Below, in pieces: positions 61,140-64,000 of a stretch of DNA of 64,000 nt. The stretch covers positions 1,339,939-1,403,938 of the forward strand of contig BFEA01000026.1 in assembly GCA_003427395.1 (NCBI GenBank), in the 5' to 3' direction. The notes below the pieces were generated by a model. The model was given only the letters and a program-made list of their open reading frames with translations. It searched no databases and was not told the DNA's origin. Made by a program: the position numbers and the translations under genes. Origin of the DNA: Chara braunii. Taxonomy: Eukaryota > Plantae > Charophyceae. Every line of letters begins with the position of its first letter. Position 1 is the stretch's first letter.

Positions 61140-64000
61140 GTCAACAATAGCGCCAGTGCCGAACCAACTGGTTAGCACAATTTCGACGCATCGAACCGCG
61201 TGAACGCACCAACGCAATTATCTCGCCCCGTGCAGAACGCGCGCAGAATCACGCGTGGAACATCACTCTTTCGTAGCTGAGCTCGAGGAAGGCGAGACAG
61301 CTGGCGACAAGAACACGCCATAACTCGCCAAGCCTACGGGCATGGCCTCCACCATTGCGGCACGTGGCAGGGAGCAACAAAAGGAGAAGTTGAGGGGCAA
61401 AAGAGAAAGTGGGGAAGCGAGAGAAGGGAGGTGCAACCAAGAATAGAAAAAGACAACAGTGTCAAGGGGAAGGAAAAGAAGAGACGCACGGGCGAGTCAT
61501 TTCACTCAGGAAAGGAAAGAAAAGTATCGAGGTAAAGTAGAGAAGTAAAGCGCATCCAGGAATAGGAAAGAACAACGGAGAGGAGAGGAGAGGAGAATGG
61601 CGTGCAAAATACAGGAATGATTGCGCAAAGACGAACGGGACAAACGATAAGCAGACCAAGAAGAGGGGAATGAGAGAAGAGAAAGAGAGAGGAAGAGACA
61701 ACCCGTATCACGACATAGAGCACAAGACAAAAAGTGGGACAGAAGAACAAGCAATGAGTTGGAATAGAAGAAGCAGTTGAGGAGGGAAGAAGAGCAGCGA
61801 AGGAGAGGAAACTAAGAAAAGGAGAGGACGAAAGGACTGGTGCAAACATTGGCGGGAGAGCATCGACATCCAACATTAAACCACGGAGAGAAACAAAATG
61901 ACAGGAAGTGGCGGCAGTGAGGTAAGATCATTCTCATTTCAGCCCGCTAATGGCAAGCAAGGAGTTCATGGTGCCTATCAGCTGGAGGACCAAAAACAAA
62001 AAACGTAGCAACAGAAAGGAATTTTAGAGGAGATATTTTTCCAAGTCTAGCGAAATAGACTGTAGAATTCCCAAGAGCTGAGTTAGGTTCTCTCTCGACT
62101 ACAACAACTACCCCCTTGTCGCCATTTATCTCTCTTCTCGAACACGGCCAATAATCTCCTCCTCCGCCCCCCCCCTCCTCCTCTTTTGTCCCTCCAGTCT
62201 AGCCTACTCATACATCGCCCTGCCCTACGCACACTCATCCCAACACAGAATCTCCCCCCAACAGCGCACCCTTTTCGCCCATTACCCACTCAACCCCAAT
62301 CCGAAATTCTCTCACCTTTGCAGAACAGTTGCCACCAACACCCGACCAGTCCACCTACCAACTCCTCCTCTGCCTCACACGCACATCCACCACATTTCAT
62401 TACCTCCTTAGGACGTGTCCTCGTGTCCCTGAAAGTGTGAAGAAGCCCTGCCAAATCTATCAGCCCCAGTTAGTCGCTACTCAAACTCAGATCGCACGTT
62501 CCTCAATTTGGGAGACAAAGCCCTGGCTTTTTGCTGCGAACATCACTTCCAATCTGAAAATCCCAGGTGGGAAGGAGAAGCCCCGTCCTTTATGCTCTTC
62601 CTGTCTCTCGTGATCTGATCTCTCGATCCCCAGGTGGGGAGGCGAACCCCTGTCAATTTTTTCGCAGCATTCGCCTCACTAGATCTGCTCTCACACCTCC
62701 CAGGTGGGAAGGAGAAACCCCGTCCTTTATGCTCTTCCTGTTTCTCTTGATCTGATCTCTCAATCCCCAGGTGGGGAGGCGAGGCCCTGTCCATTTTTTC
62801 AGCATTTGCCTGTCTAGATCGGCTCTCACACCTCCCAGGTGGAGAGGAGAAGCCCTGTTTTTCGCAACATTCATCATTCTATACATGGTCCCATGATCGC
62901 CAGGTGGTGTGACGAAGCCCTGTCCTGTTATGCTGTCCTTCTTTCTCCGGATCTGAACTCATGCTCCCCAGGTGGGGAGGCAAAGCTCTGTCCATTTCGC
63001 CACAACTTTCGCCACTGTTCTTCTTACCTCACGATCCCCAGGTGCGAATGTGAAGCCCTGTCCTGTTTGACACAACATTCACCACTCTAGAGCTGGTCTC
63101 ATGATCCCACTGATTCCCCAGGTGGGGAGACGAACCCCTGACTCTCGTACGCGGCATCCACTTCCTATACTCTGATCCCACGTTCTCCACGTGGGAAGAC
63201 GAAGCCCATCCTCTGTTATAGTGCCAAGACACAAAGAAGGAATTCAACCATCAGTTAACTCGGAGGAGAGGAAGGCCTAACTTCCAATCGAACAAAGATG
63301 CTCTCCATAGCCGAATCCATCTACACAGAGTTGTACACCTCCAAGACAAAATCGCCTACGCCTAGAACGGTTTTTCCGGGTAGAGAAAAATTTAGCAAGT
63401 ACCTAGATAAAACTATACCACATACCATGGCAGAGGAACTGGACCAACCAATCACAAATGAAGAAAAAAACCCTAGATTCCATGGAGCCAAACACTAGGC
63501 ATAGACGACCTCTCAAAACAATTTTGGCAAGCCTACTGGCCACTCTTAGGAGATGAATATTGCCAGTTCATAAGAACATCATGGACCAATGAAAGCCTAG
63601 GCCCAACACTTAGCATCGATATAGTCACACTTCTCTACAAAAAGGGCGACCCAACAGACATCAGAAACTATAGACCAATCACACTACTAATTGAAGCCTA
63701 TAAGATCTTGGCAAAATTACTAGCCAGCAAAATTCAAAAGATCACCAAAAATTGCTTTCAAATAGATCAAACAGGATTCATCACAGGCCGATTCATCCTA
63801 GAGAATGTCATGGCCCTAGCAGAGTCAGTGAGATACATCCAAGACAAACAAATGAACGCAGCGATCCTTTTCTTTGACTTTGAAAAAGCATACGACCAAG
63901 TCAATTGGGACTTCCTACAACAATGTATGGAAACGATGGGGGTAGGACCTATTCAGAAAATGGGTAAGAGTCCTCTACAACGATGCAATGGGGGCAGTAC
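61140..64000 (+). mobile_element. L1/Tx1-like LINE lacking ORF1 and endonuclease, running off the window
   Basis: The 5' region has the same architecture as 37556-38740 (GC head, purine tract, GGCGGCAGT, C-rich tract). RT region from ~63220: NYRPITLL, QTGF, DFEKAYD. Confidence 0.75.
62500..63212 (+). repeat. Array of ~11 units (~68 bp) with conserved palindromic core TCCCCAGGTGGGGAGGCGAAGCCCTGTCC
   Basis: Cores near 62500, 62561, 62627, 62698, 62764, 62833, 62897, 62965, 63035, 63115 and 63185, separated by variable pyrimidine-rich spacers. Confidence 0.9.

Noticed and set aside
62620-62660. HDV-like or hammerhead ribozyme in the array units (hairpin followed by GGCGAA)
   Set aside because: No P1/P2/P3 partners and no CUGANGA core could be found.
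62500-63212. True CRISPR array
   Set aside because: Spacers are related to one another (137-bp dimer), repeats are degenerate, no cas genes are present, and the context is a eukaryotic LINE.

Overview
This is a repeat-saturated eukaryotic window with no supportable host protein-coding gene. Plant-type U2/U6 snRNA copies and tRNA-iMet primer sites point to a streptophyte; the overall style resembles Chara braunii, but that is inference only. Contents: three large L1/Tx1-like LINEs (one full-length, 37556-47899, with a 17-bp TSD) and many 5'-truncated LINE tails. There is an 11-kb Ty3/Gypsy element with an internal inversion and extra ORFs, a gag-only LTR element, and a third LTR element split by the full-length LINE. 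Also present are processed U6 (x2) and U2 pseudogenes, tRNA-derived SINE-like repeats, a TTAA-flanked MITE and simple repeats. The most interesting signals are non-coding. (1) A type III hammerhead ribozyme family occurs in four copies: two intact copies 399 nt apart and two decayed copies inside ORF-less, (CA)n-anchored elements. (2) A covarying tandem-pseudoknot plus terminal-hairpin RNA motif sits just before the poly(A) tail of nearly every LINE end (10 full copies, ~6 partial, 2 variants). (3) A CRISPR-like-looking array of palindromic E-box repeats replaces ORF1/endonuclease in a LINE. (4) Accessory ORFs behind the Gypsy integrase are chained by ATGA stop-start overlaps. All structures were read by eye and none was computed.
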